Of a stretch of 63,865 bases of DNA, positions 39,390-52,073 are shown in pieces. The stretch covers positions 16,283,338-16,347,202 of the forward strand of contig NC_068995.1 in assembly GCF_001194135.2 (NCBI RefSeq), in the 5' to 3' direction. Under the pieces are notes generated by a model. That model ran no database searches. It had not been told where the DNA came from and saw only the letters and a list, made by a program, of their open reading frames with translations. Source of the stretch: Octopus bimaculoides. Its lineage: Eukaryota. Positions within the stretch are counted from its first letter, which is position 1. Every line of letters begins with the position of its first letter. The position numbers were made by a program, and so were the translations under genes.

Positions 39390-40340
39390 GTAACCGAAGT
39401 CCCTAAATCAAAAACTACTTACCAACATGAAACTACCAGTTAAAATGAGTGGCTGATCCAATTGTGCAACTTGTGTAAACCGTACTGAGCACACAATTTA
39501 TAAATTTAAATAAGGACAAGTTTTTACTGTGAAAAAGCATTTTACTTGTTCTTCAAAAATTTTAATTTATGCCATCAGATGCAATAGATGCAGTGAAGAG
39601 TACATTGGACAAACTAAACATACTTTAAGAATGAGATTAAATATTCATCATCAACAAATTCAGGATACTAACACAAGACAAATTCCACAACTGGATACAT
39701 GCGCGAAAACTAAATCTCCCAAATTTCTTGTCTTCTCACTCTATCAATATGCAGACAATACTCTAGACCAACCAAGAAGTAATAAGAGAAGTTCATTTAT
39801 TAAAAAACCCACGCTGAACAGGCTATAGAAACCATCAGCAATACGCGATTCTCTTTTTCCTATGAATTAATTATTGTAGAATATCTACTTGAGCTCGTTC
39901 TTAAGAAAACCAGAATTCAGTTAGCAGGTACCATCTATCTTATTTAATCCACAACTCATTAACAAAGAAAGGATACGTTCTAAGATGTCCAATGGGTGGG
40001 AACTACCACTGACTGATGACAATATTCTTCGACAGAATAATGAACAATAATTATCTATAATACGTATGTAAAGAAGACTTATTCATATCACTCTTTTCTA
40101 ACTGTTATATCACATATTCAATGAAGAAAATCTTTCATATGATCTCGTGCGACTGTCACATGAACGTAAGAGATGAACGTTAACAATCAATTTGTACGTT
40201 TACGAATAGCGTTTTGTTTTTATAAACAACAGCCAGAATAGACGTTATTCGCGGCAGAACTCTGTACACTATACGCTTTTGAAAATCTAATGCGAAACCG
40301 GTCAAGTGTTTTCCTGTATTTTAAAATATAATTAAATTGA
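39390..40340 (+). mobile_element. Penelope-like element 3' part: GIY-YIG endonuclease and tail
   Basis: Cys linker (PNCATC) then ORF 39529-39828 KKHFTCSSKILIYAIRCNRCSEEYIGQTKHTLRMRLNIH; tail holds a hammerhead relic at 40274-40308. Confidence 0.92.
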
Positions 40341-41049
40341 AATTAATTCTAATATACTCTCCGTGCATTTTCAACTTCATTTCTCATATTCGTCCACTAC
40401 TTTGGATTAATAACAATTGATATATATATATNNNNNNNNNNNNNNNNNNNNNNNNNNNNNNNNNNNNNNNNNNNNNNNNNNNNNNNNNNNNNNNNNNNNN
40501 NNNNNNNNNNNNNNNNNNNNNNNNNNNNNNNNNNNNNNNNNNNNNNNNNNNNNNNNNNNNNNNNNNNNNNNNNNNNNNNNNNNNNNNNNNNNNNNNNNNN
40601 NNNNNNNNNNNNNNNNNNNNNNNNNNNNNNNNNNNNNNNNNNNNNNNNNNNNNNNNNNNNNNNNNNNNNNNNNNNNNNNNNNNNNNNNNNNNNNNNNNNN
40701 NNNNNNNNNNNNNNNNNNNNNNNNNNNNNNNNNNNNNNNNNNNNNNNNNNNNNNNNNNNNNNNNNNNNNNNNNNNNNNNNNNNNNNNNNNNNNNNNNNNN
40801 NNNNNNNNNNNNNNNNNNNNNNNNNNNNNNNNNNNNNNNNNNNNNNNGAAATAAATCTGTTTTATAAAAAGACAATAGCCGTCATTAGCTAATATTATCT
40901 TAAGTATTTTACCCAAAATGTCAGATAACATCTCACATATTTCGGTTCTATCTGATCTCAGAAAAGCATAGATGCCCGATGCCCCCTGACCGACTTCAAG
41001 TAAGAGATTCACTAAGAAGTACAATAATCAATATCATAGACGAGTTGAA

Positions 41050-41180
41050 GGTGGTGAGCTGCCTGAACCGTTTACTCTTCGGGCAAAATGCTTAGCGGTA
41101 TTTCACCCGTCTTTACATTCTGAGTTCAAATTCTGCCGAGGTCAAATTTCGTTCCGGGTCGATAAAATAAGCAATAGTTG
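41050..41180 (+). mobile_element. SINE family C, truncated
   Basis: ggtggtgagctgcc...ttctgagttcaaattctgccgagg. Confidence 0.8.
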
Positions 41181-41260
41181 AAACCACTATTATAGATGAC
41201 TTGGTGTTAAAAGTTTAGAGAAATATTTAGAGAAAGAAATACTGACAGAAAATATTCATA

Positions 41261-41465
41261 TTTGGTGATGGTACGTTCACAATCCCTTGCTACATATGAT
41301 CTTTGGTGATGGTACGTTCACAATCCCTTGCTACATATGATCTTTGGTGATGGTACGTTCACAATCCCTTGCTACATATGATCTTTGGTGATGGTACGTT
41401 CACAATCCCTTGCTACATATGATCTTTGGTGATGGTACGTTCACAATCCCTTGCTACATATGATC
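41261..41465. repeat. Minisatellite: 5 identical 41-bp units (tttggtgatggtacgttcacaatcccttgctacatatgatc)
   Basis: Units start at 41261, 41302, 41343, 41384 and 41425. Confidence 0.98.
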
Positions 41466-41599
41466 TCTGATGATGTCACCTTCTTGCTGTATAACTAAAA
41501 CGTGTATGAATGATACTCCATATTTGTACACTGAGTGGTATACGGCAGTTCAATTTAAAGGATTAGGCATCAGTTATAAATTGCTTCTGCTGTTTACAG

Positions 41600-41910
41600 C
41601 ACTGAACTATGTTTCTACGGTTCACGATCGTAAGGTCGTGGTTTCAATTTCCAGCGATGCGTTGTGTTCTTGAGCAAGACACTTTATTTCACGTTGCTCC
41701 AGTCCACTCAGCTGTCAAAAACGAGTAGTACCTGTATTTCAAAGGGCCAGCATTGTCGCACTATTTGACACACTGAATCTCCCTGAGAACTACCTTAAGG
41801 GTATGCGTGTCCGAGGAGTGCTCAGCCACTTGCACGTTAATTTCACGAGCAGGCTGTTCCGTTGATCGGATCAACTGGAAACCATGTCATCCTAACCGAC
41901 GAAGTGCCAG
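41600..41910 (+). mobile_element. SINE family B variant (alternative central module)
   Basis: Same architecture as 29990-30310. Confidence 0.85.
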
Positions 41911-42129
41911 TAGAATACATTTATAGTTATACTAATTCAGTCATTGAATTTCTATTATTTTGACATGAATATTGTATCGTTCTAGTGAATATTGTATCCT
42001 CCTTCGGCTTGTTGTATCTATCGACTTTCTAAAGTTTGGTAACAAGAAGAATCGGGTTATGCTAGAGATCAAATGTAGCAACTGAATATTTTCTACCTGG
42101 TCTAAGTGAAGCGGGGCTTACTGAAAGTT

Positions 42130-42505
42130 GTTGGCACTCCGTCGCTTACAAAGTCGAGGGTTGCAGTTGTACCGATCAACGGAACAGCCTGCTCATGAAA
42201 TTAACGTGCAAGTGGCTGAGCACTCCACAGACACGTGTACCCTTAACGTAGTTCTCGGGGATATTCAGCGTGACACAGTGTGACAAGGCTGACCCTTTGA
42301 ATTACAGGCACAACAGAAACAGGAAGTAAGAGTGAGAGAAAGTTGTGGTGGAAGAGTACAGCAGGGTTCGCCACCATCCCCTGCCGGAGCCTCGTGGAGC
42401 TTTAGGTGTTTTCGCTCAATAAACACTCACAACGCCCGGTTTGGGAATCGAAACCACGATCCTATGACCGCGAGTCCGCTGCCCTAACCACTGGGCCATT
42501 GCGCC
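42130..42505 (-). mobile_element. SINE family B, full length and young
   Basis: Near-identical reverse complement of 23532-23900. Confidence 0.92.
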
Positions 42506-42905
42506 NNNNNNNNNNNNNNNNNNNNNNNNNNNNNNNNNNNNNNNAATCTCTGTTACATCATATAAATAAATTAAAATGTCCTTCTACCTCGAGGCCTTTA
42601 CATGCAAACAAGTATGGCTAGATTTAGAGATTTTCAGGAAGAAGGTTGGATTCTAGATTATTAGAGCAGAGTGGAGAATGATTATAAGAGCAAAATGAAA
42701 TGTAATGAAGACTTGTTTTTGTCTGGATTTTTAGAACTTTGCAACGTTTTGTGAAAATTTAACTTTGGGAAGAATGGGGCCTTCAATTTAAAAAATGAAT
42801 TTTTATAAATAAAAATTCGTTACTGAAAGTGATGAGAAAGGGACAATTAAATCTGTCGATATTTTAAAATTAGAATCAAGCGGATTTTTCTTTTTTGTTT
42901 TATAT

Positions 42906-42933
42906 CTAATTTCGTTCTCTCTTGTCTCGGCAG
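42906..42933 (+). promoter_or_regulatory. Candidate branch point, polypyrimidine tract and 3' splice site upstream of the COG1 ATG
   Basis: CTAAT-ttcgttctctcttgtctcgg-CAG about 100 nt before the ATG. Confidence 0.4.
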
Positions 42934-43036
42934 AATTGGTCAAAGAACGTTAAATTTCACATGACTGTGAGAAATAAAGGGAAATAAGAATTACTTTAAT
43001 TTTTCTTATTGCCTCCCTTGGAAGTCTGTACCAAGC

Positions 43037-43061
43037 ATGGCGTCGAAAAAGCAAGTCCAGA
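43037..43061 (+). CDS. COG1: COG1 coding exon 1 (MASKKQVQ, phase 1)
   Basis: ccaagcATGG start context; 25 nt then GTAAGT donor; phase fits exon 2. There is no homology support for these residues themselves. Confidence 0.75.
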
Positions 43062-45174
43062 GTAAGTAAACATTATATTTATACGCCTTTCGATATTATT
43101 TTCATCTCAGTCATTTTTAACACAACCTAGCATAATTCTTTTTATGCCATTACTGCTTTTATACCTAGTATATCTGTGTGTATCTCTGAAATCAGCTGAC
43201 AACTTGTGTTGTGTTATGATTCGAATACGAGATTTGTGTAACACGTCATTAAGGAAAAAAGACGAACTCAGGAAGTTAAAGGAAATTACATTTTATTCAT
43301 TAAATTAACTGTTTATTATATTATTTATTGTTGCTTAAATTTACTATGTTCCTAGTTATCGTTAACTATTAATCTTTTTGCAGTTTGTTTTGTTTTTCCG
43401 TGTCTGTTTGCTTTATCTTTTATGTTGAGTATCATGCCATCACATTTTGTCGGTCTTATGCCGACAACCGAAGAAAACAATATTCCTGGATTACTCCAAT
43501 TGTTATTTAAATCTCCCTCCTCTCTGTCAGCCCTGACTGAGTAGACAGGCCAACTATACCCAGAGCTATTGTTGCTGTGGGTCTCTTGGAAATTTTAGAG
43601 CTATCTAGAGTTGCACTGTCTAAAGTGTCCTAATTTTAAAGCCAATAGAGTGTGATTCGAAGTAGTTTGGGCTGCTATTTCTGGAAGGTGGAGTAACAGA
43701 GTAGAGTCTTTTGTTTTCCTTCTTGGCTTGTGTATTACTCTTCTATTTCTTTTATTATACAGTGGTGGTTTATGAAGTTAATCACTGCCATAAGACTCAC
43801 ACTTATAAATACCACTCAAGCGGCCTATCTGCATTTATGATTTTTGCTTCTTGTTTGAACAATATAATAAATGTTGTCTCATATCGAGTCTAATTATTGT
43901 CGTCGGTTGCTTAGCTATGCCGTTTGTCAATATTCACACGGGGACAGGCGCTGCCCACTATGGACGTTTTCAATCCTAGACGAGTGAGGTCGATATCGTT
44001 GACAGTCACTGTATGTCGTCTAAATAACTGTGTCATCGATATGTCGGTGGTTGTGTTGTCGATGTTTTGAAGTTATGTTGTTTGTATGTTGATAGTTGTG
44101 TTGTCTGTTGGTTGTTATGCTGTTTGTATTCGTGGTCCTATCGTCTGCTTCGATTGTGATTTCGCCTATGTGCTTGTTGATGATGTGTCGTGTCTGTTGA
44201 TGTATTTTTCAGTTGTGTTGTCATTGTGTATGTGGATGGTTATGTCATTTGTGTGCTATATTGGCAATTGGGTCAGAATTCATATTAAGACATTTGATCC
44301 ACAAATAACCCTATCTATCTACCTGTATTTAGGCCTCATCTCCTGACCATAACTATATGACTACAGCGATTTGTCCTGGGCCAAGGCACATAACTCTGTT
44401 TACCCCAGTTAGCTTGGCTGACAAAGGACCATTCTACTTCCTCTGATACTTCAGTATCCATAGCAGAACAACTGCTTGGCCATTAAGCAAGTATTCAAAT
44501 TTTTGAATAACTTGTCATTATAAGATAGATATAAAGCTGTTAAGGTATTAATTAAAACTTTGGAAAATTAAATTAAAACTAGAAGAAAAACTGAAAGTAA
44601 CAGAAACATTTTATTTACTTTTATTGCTTCATATTACTTTCATGGTGTTTTGTCATTGCCATGACATTATAGTGTCAGTGTCACATTATCATTGTGTCAA
44701 CTCCCTGTTTTTTAGTGTGGTCTCATCATCATATCATAATTATGTCATATGTCATCCTCATGTTGTCAGCTTCATGTTGTTGACATGTAACAATGTCATC
44801 TTCACTTTTCCATGCTTACATGGGTCAAACAGACTTTGGTCAGGTAAATTTTCTATGGCCTGATGTCTTTCTTGTTGAGAACTCTCACCTATTTCCAAGC
44901 AATATTTCCCATGACCAAGCTTGTTTCTCCCAAGGAAGACCAGATATGCTGTACAGATTACATGTTTTTGTTGCTTTTTTACTTGTTTCTTGGAGACGAA
45001 TATGAATGTAACCAATCGATACAACCGGGAACTAACAGTACAGTATAGTATGAACGTTATTACTGTTTTGCCAGGTGACGTAAATTAATACTGTATCTAA
45101 TATTTATTTAATATTTTAGAAAGACTGATGTATCATCAGTAATGATGTAAGATGAAACGACTTAACCAGTGGTA

Positions 45175-45214
<40 letters not shown>

Positions 45215-45224
45215 NNNNNNNNNN

Positions 45225-45261
<37 letters not shown>

Positions 45262-46513
45262 CCTCCTAATGCTAACTACCTCACAGATAGAGAGGAGGAG
45301 GGAAGGGGTAGGACACATACACACACAGTATGCTTCTTTCAGTTTCTCTTTACCAAATCCACACACAAGGCTTTGGTCAGCCCAGAGCTACAAAATACAC
45401 TTGCTCAAGGTGCTGCTTTGTGGGACTGAACTTGAGACTGAATGATTTGGTACAGCAATGCCAGTACCAACTGTGTCATCTTTATTTCATCTCCTCTTCA
45501 TGTCATCATTATATGATTGTTTTCTCATCATCATATCTTTATCATGTCATCTGTATGTCTTTGATTTGTCCTTATGTCATCACTCACTATCATCTCATTA
45601 TAATCTAATGATCATGTGATTGTCATGTCATCTCGTCTTCACATCATCATGATATGATGACGCTCATTTCATCTTCATATTACATTATACTATTGTAAAA
45701 ATTGTATAATATCCTCATATTATTTTTATGGTATCATCATATTATCATTACACCTAATCTTATTGTATATTCAGATCTTCCCCTTCATGAAATGGATACA
45801 AATTTGATGTTTGAAAAATTCACAATTCAAGAAATACGTGAAATAGAGAAGAAGAATCGGTAAGTTTCTCGAGCTGACACTGCATTATCCTTTCATTGTT
45901 TCTCTTAAAAGATCCTACCAGTTCACATTTCTTATAACCTTTCCATGTCATCTGCCATATCCAAAGCCTCCAAGTATGTCACAAAGCCATCATGTTAACC
46001 AACATGTCTTTTGGTGTCATCATCCATGGTAATCATTGTTGAAGCAGTCTTCAGAGGGTTCTTTAGTGTACAAAATGAAATACATTGATGACCATTGATG
46101 TCTTATACCATTAATAGTATAATGTTCTCTGCTATGATATAAAGTTTTCCTCTTACAAATATATAATGTCTTTCTTTTTTACTTTGACTTTCAGACTGGA
46201 TATAGAACGTAAGAAGGAAGAACTGCGTGTCATGGTTGGGTAAGCATTGCCTTATTTCTTCATTATATGTTGTTGCATAGCCCTGGGTCAGCTGTGACTG
46301 AGTGGATCTATGGTCCAAAATATTTTATCTTCGACCATCCGATGATTTTTTTATTTGCAAGCATAGTGTATCCAGGATTACATTATCCAATGTGTAAGCA
46401 CCATATAATAGGACAAAACTGTTGAATTTTAATTTATTTCATGATGTATGGGCATTTTTATCACACAACAGCAAGAAAAGCATTTTTCTGATGCTTTGAT
46501 ACTGCCTATATAT

Positions 46514-46546
<33 letters not shown>

Positions 46547-49500
46547 NNNNNNNNNNNNNNNNNNNNNNNNNNNNNNNNNNNNNNNNNNNNNNNNNNNNNN
46601 NNNNNNNNNNNNNNNNNNNNNNNNNNNNNNNNNNNNNNNNNNNNNNNNNNNNNNNNNNNNNNNNNNNNNNNNNNNNNNNNNNNNNNNNNNNNNNNNNNNN
46701 NNNNNNNNNNNNNNNNNNNNNNNNNNNNNNNNNNNNNNNNNNNNNNNNNNNNNNNNNNNNNNNNNNNNNNNNNNNNNNNNNNNNNNNNNNNNNNNNNNNN
46801 NNNNNNNNNNNNNNNNNNNNNNNNNNNNNNNNNNNNNNNNNNNNNNNNNNNNNNNNNNNNNNNNNNNNNNNNNNATATAACCAATGCTAGCATGGAAAGC
46901 TGACGTTAAATGATGATATATATATTATCATCATCATCATTAACATACATTTTCCATGCTGGCATGGGTTGGATGGTTTGACAGGAGCTGGCCAGCTGAA
47001 GAGCTGCCCTGGCTTCATAGCTGTCTTGGCATGATTTCTACAGCTAGATGCCCTTCCTAATGCCAACTACTTTACAAAGTGTATTGGGTGCTTCTATGCA
47101 GCACCAACAGAGGTGTGTTTATGTGGCATTGGTACAGGTGCACCAGCACTTATGAGCACACAAGATTAGGATTGCTCATATATATTATATATATATAAAT
47201 GCATGCAGAAATTATTAAGAGATTAATTAAAGAAAACATACAACTATCCTAAGATTACCCTCATACTGCATGTTAGCAAGGTCCTCTGAAAATCTTGCAC
47301 CCTGAAAGTACCCATGAGCAATTCAGTGTTGGATCAAGCAAGAAACAGCTGTCTCCTTTCTCTGGTTTTCCAACCACTAGTATAATGGCCTCTGCTCCTT
47401 TAGGCAGGCTATGCTCATGTCACCCCTACTCATGTATTCTTGATTTTCTTAAACTTCTCATGTCCCGTTCTACCAGGCTCTGCACAAATCTCTCTCTGTT
47501 CCTTTCTTTTCAATGTTGGCTCATATCTTTTCTGGCAAGCGTTGACTTGCAGAGGTTCAAGAGGAATATTAATGGTGTCAATCTTACAAGTCTAGGAGTC
47601 TTTGTATAGATCACAGACAATAGTATCTCTTTCTCCAGACCAAGCAAAAAGAATAAACAGTGATGGTAATTTTTTTTTTTTTTTTTTTTTTNNNNNNNNN
47701 NTTAACAAACAATAAGAAGTAAGACTTCATGTGTCTGACTTATGTTAAACAGCAAATGATTTTCTCTTTTATTTGCAGAGAAAGATACAGAGATTTAATT
47801 GAAGCTGCTGATACCATCACAGACATGAAGAAAAGTTCCCAGAATGTAAGTATTTTGTTGTTGTTTTTGTTATTGTATAACTCCAGATCAACCGTGGTTG
47901 CACAGAGCTAGAATTAAAGCTGTTCAAACCATGGTCATTCAGAATCACATTTTACAATCTGTGATTTGAAGGAAATTTTGCTGCTATTTCTAGTGAGGTG
48001 AGTGACTCTATAGAGTCTCTCTCCCTTTTCTCCATTGGTTTGTGTAAACCTTTTGTTGGTTCCAGCTAAGCTAATTTTTGGTATTTCTGCATTAACAATT
48101 GCTGTGAGTTGAGACTGTTAGATTGCTACATCTAGGCTGAGAGATAATGTAGTCATGAATTATTGCAATTATTGCACATTTCATATAATTTTTACTTTAT
48201 CCGAGATTGGCTCTGATTGAGCTGGAAGGCTTCCATATAATTGTCCAACTTGATATAAACAGCAGCCATACTGCCTGCATATCATACACTACAATCTTTA
48301 AAAAATAGATAGGCTGTCTGTGTGGTTCAGAAGCTTGCTTCACAACCATATGGTTCTGGGTTCAGTCATACCATGCAGAACTTTGGACAAGTGTCTTCTA
48401 CAATAGCCCCCAGCTTGACCAAAGCCTTGTGAGTGGATTTGGTAGATGGAAACTGAATGGAGACCATGGTATATGTATAGTATTTTCTATCTAAGTTAAG
48501 TGTAGATTGTATGATCCTTGTATACAAATTGTAATGTTGCTTGATTACAAATCATAGGCATTGAAGATGTTGGATTTGGGAAGGCGTGCATAAAAGTGAG
48601 CTGAGCATGCTTCACTGGTTGTGTAATGTTAGTACAAATGAATCATGCAGTACAAATTAACTGAGAGAAAAACCAGATGCAGTATGCAAGTGAGAAGACT
48701 AATCTGGTACAGACTTGTGTTGCAGTATGGCAGATGACATTGGGTGAGAATATGTCAAGCAGTCCAAGAAGAATTAAACCTGTGAAACAGAAAAACCCAA
48801 CTTAGACATGGATGCTAGTCTAAGGATTGATAATGCAGTTGATTAAAAGGATCCCTCAAAGAATGAAATGTTGTGCTAGAGTAAATCCATCCCAACATGC
48901 AAACTTGGATAAAATAATGTAAAAATGCTGATGAATGGATTTTTGTAGAAAGTATTTTAAAATTTTGTTCTGTTATCCTTACAGGTAATGAACTCAATCT
49001 CAAAAATTGAAGAACTCTGCAAACAATTAAAACAGAACCATCTTGCAAAAGGAACTTCTTACATCCATCGACCTTTAGCTGACAAAAGCAGGTCAGTTTT
49101 GTTAAGTTTTCGTCTGCAATATTAACTGTTATTGACAGTTAGCTGCATCACCTGCCTTTTATTATTTGTAATATGAATTTAAACGTTTTGATATGAGGAT
49201 GGGCCAAAGTGAAATCTTGCATGAACTTTCCAGCTGACCTGTGTACAAACTCACTTGAAACTACCTTCTGTGGTTCTGCTACAGACCCTTCTATTTAACG
49301 TGTTCATTCATAAATTAAATCCTTTTTGCTTTAATTTTATATAAGCACTTGTTGGTTTCAGCTAAGCTAATTTTTGGTGTTTCTGCATTAACAATTACTG
49401 TGAGTTGAGATTGTTAGATTGCTACATCTAGGCTGAATTATTGCAATAAGTGCACATTTCATATAATTTTTACTTTATCCCAGATTGGCTCTGATTGAAT

Positions 49501-50020
49501 CAGAAGGCTTCCATATAATTGTCCAACTTGATATAAACAGCAGCCATGCTGGTGAATTATTTTCCAAACACCAGTTAATAAAGAAGAAAATTATAGTTGT
49601 TTTACTAAACGCCTAAAAGTTTTTGACTACTTTTTCAAAATTAAGTAAAACATTGCATTTCATTAGAAGTTCTATATTGATAACATCTCTCTCTCTCACT
49701 TTCAGAAAACAAACAGAAAACCACTTCTACAGTGTAGCTTCACAAATCAAGTTGCTTCTTGATATGCCTGAAAAGGTTTGTACGATTCTAATGCTTTTAT
49801 TCTTTTTCTTTTACTTGTTTCAGTCATTTGACTGTGGCCATGCTGGAGCACCACCTTGAAGGAGTTTAAGTTGAACGAATTAACCCCAAGACTTATTTCT
49901 TAAGCCTAGTACTTATTCTATCAGTTTTCTTTTTTGCTGAACTGGTAAGTTTTGGCAGCGTAAACACACCAACACAGGTTGTCAATGGTGATGTGGTGGG
50001 ACAGACACAAAGACACAAGT

Positions 50021-50066
<46 letters not shown>

Positions 50067-52031
50067 AAAATTCAGAAAATGGAGATGTAGCATTAATATA
50101 ATTTATTAACTGCAAAAATTCAACATATTCTCTTTCAGTTGTTTCGATTTTGGCCAAAGAGTTAAATTCCAGTAATTAAAACATTTTATTGGGCAAAATC
50201 TTATCAGAGGAGTAGAAATGACATATCATTGGGTTATTAGATGCTTAAACTGGCCAGATCCAGCTTCTCACACTTATCCTATAATGTCATTCTTAAAATA
50301 AACAATCACATCATTGAAATATCGAAGCCACAAGATAATAGATGATAAATTCAAAACAATGTGAATAAACAAATATTTCATTCAACAGAATGATCTGACT
50401 ATTAAAGGGTTAAAATCGCATGGATTTAGAAGTCGTGCCTCCTGAATTGAATAATTTTTAAAATATAAAACAACAGCTGGGAAGAGAATTAAAGTATTGG
50501 TAGGATTGATAGTGTATTGAACCTAATACACTGAGGTATTTAGCCACATCTCTTTACATTTATAGTGAAAATCCTATCCAAGTCAACTTTGCCTTTCATT
50601 CTTATTGGGTGGGGGTTGATAAAATAAATACAATTGAAAATATTGGTTTCAAATTTTGGTACAAGGCCATCAAGTCTGTGGGTAGGGGTAAGTCAATTAC
50701 ATCTACCCCACTACTCAACTGGTACTTATTTTATCAACTCTGAAAGGATGAAAGGTAAAATTGACCTTAGTGGAATTTGAACTCAGAACATAAGGACAAA
50801 TGAAGGATCTTTTTTAAAACGGGGGCCACATTTTTCATTAACGAAACACTTTGAAACTTGGAACACTGGTAGAATGTGTCATATAAAACATCTTTTTCTC
50901 TTAGTCTTCTTAAAAAAAAAAGAAATCCATAAGTTATTCCATGTTAAAGTTGTCGTATTTCTGTAATTTCAACCAATCACTGACGTCCATTCAGCTGATA
51001 TACATTAAGTGCCGACTACATAAACAAACGATTCTGAAACAATTAACCCTAACCCTAACCCTAGGGTTAGGGTTAGGGTTAAAGCAAATTTAAAATGAAA
51101 AAAAAGCAAATAAAACGAAGGTATGGAGATTAAATACGCTTTACACCNNNNNNNNNNNNNNNNNNNNNNNNNNNNNNNNNNNNNNNNNNNNNNNNNNNNN
51201 NNNNNNNNNNNNNNNNNNNNNNNNNNNNNNNNNNNNNNNNNNNNNNNNNNNNNNNNNNNNNNNNNNNNNNNNNNNNNNNNNNNNNNNNNNNNNNNNNNNN
51301 NNNNNNNNNNNNNNNNNNNNNNNNNNNNNNNNNNNNNNNNNNNNNNNNNNNNNNNNNNNNNNNNNNNNNNNNNNNNNNNNNNNNNNNNNNNNNNNNNNNN
51401 NNNNNNNNNNNNNNNNNNNNNNNNNNNNNNNNNNNNNNNNNNNNNNNNNNNNNNNNNNNNNNNNNNNNNNNNNNNNNNNNNNNNNNNNNNNNNNNNNNNN
51501 NNNNNNNNNNNNNNNNNNNNNNNNNNNNNNNNNNNNNNNNNNNNNNNNNNNNNNNNNNNNNNNNNNNNNNNNNNNNNNNNNNNNNNNNNNNNNNNNNNNN
51601 NNNNNNNNNNNNNNNNNNNNNNNNNNNNNNNNNNNNNNNNNNNNNNNNNNNNNNNNNNNNNNNNNNNNNNNNNNNNNNNNNNNNNNNNNNNNNNNNNNNN
51701 NNNNNNNNNNNNNNNNNNNNNNNNNNNNNNNNNNNNNNNNNNNNNNNNNNNNNNNNNNNNNNNNNNNNNNNNNNNNNNNNNNNNNNNNNNNNNNNNNNNN
51801 NNNNNNNNNNNNNNNNNNNNNNNNNNNNNNNNNNNNNNNNNAACAAAAATTATTGTTTTTAACAAATACCCCCTCAAAGACTAAATGAAACCAAAAACAA
51901 ATAAAACTAACAAAAAGTATAAAAATATGTACTGCTGATGCCATACAGAAAGCAGAGCGTAGTGCAGTCCTCTGGCTTGCCAGCTCCTGGCAAGCCATCC
52001 AACCCATGCCAGCATGAAAAATGGACGTTAA

Positions 52032-52073
<42 letters not shown>

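Noticed and set aside
41261-41465. CRISPR array
   Set aside because: The repeats are contiguous with no spacers, there are no cas genes, and the context is eukaryotic.
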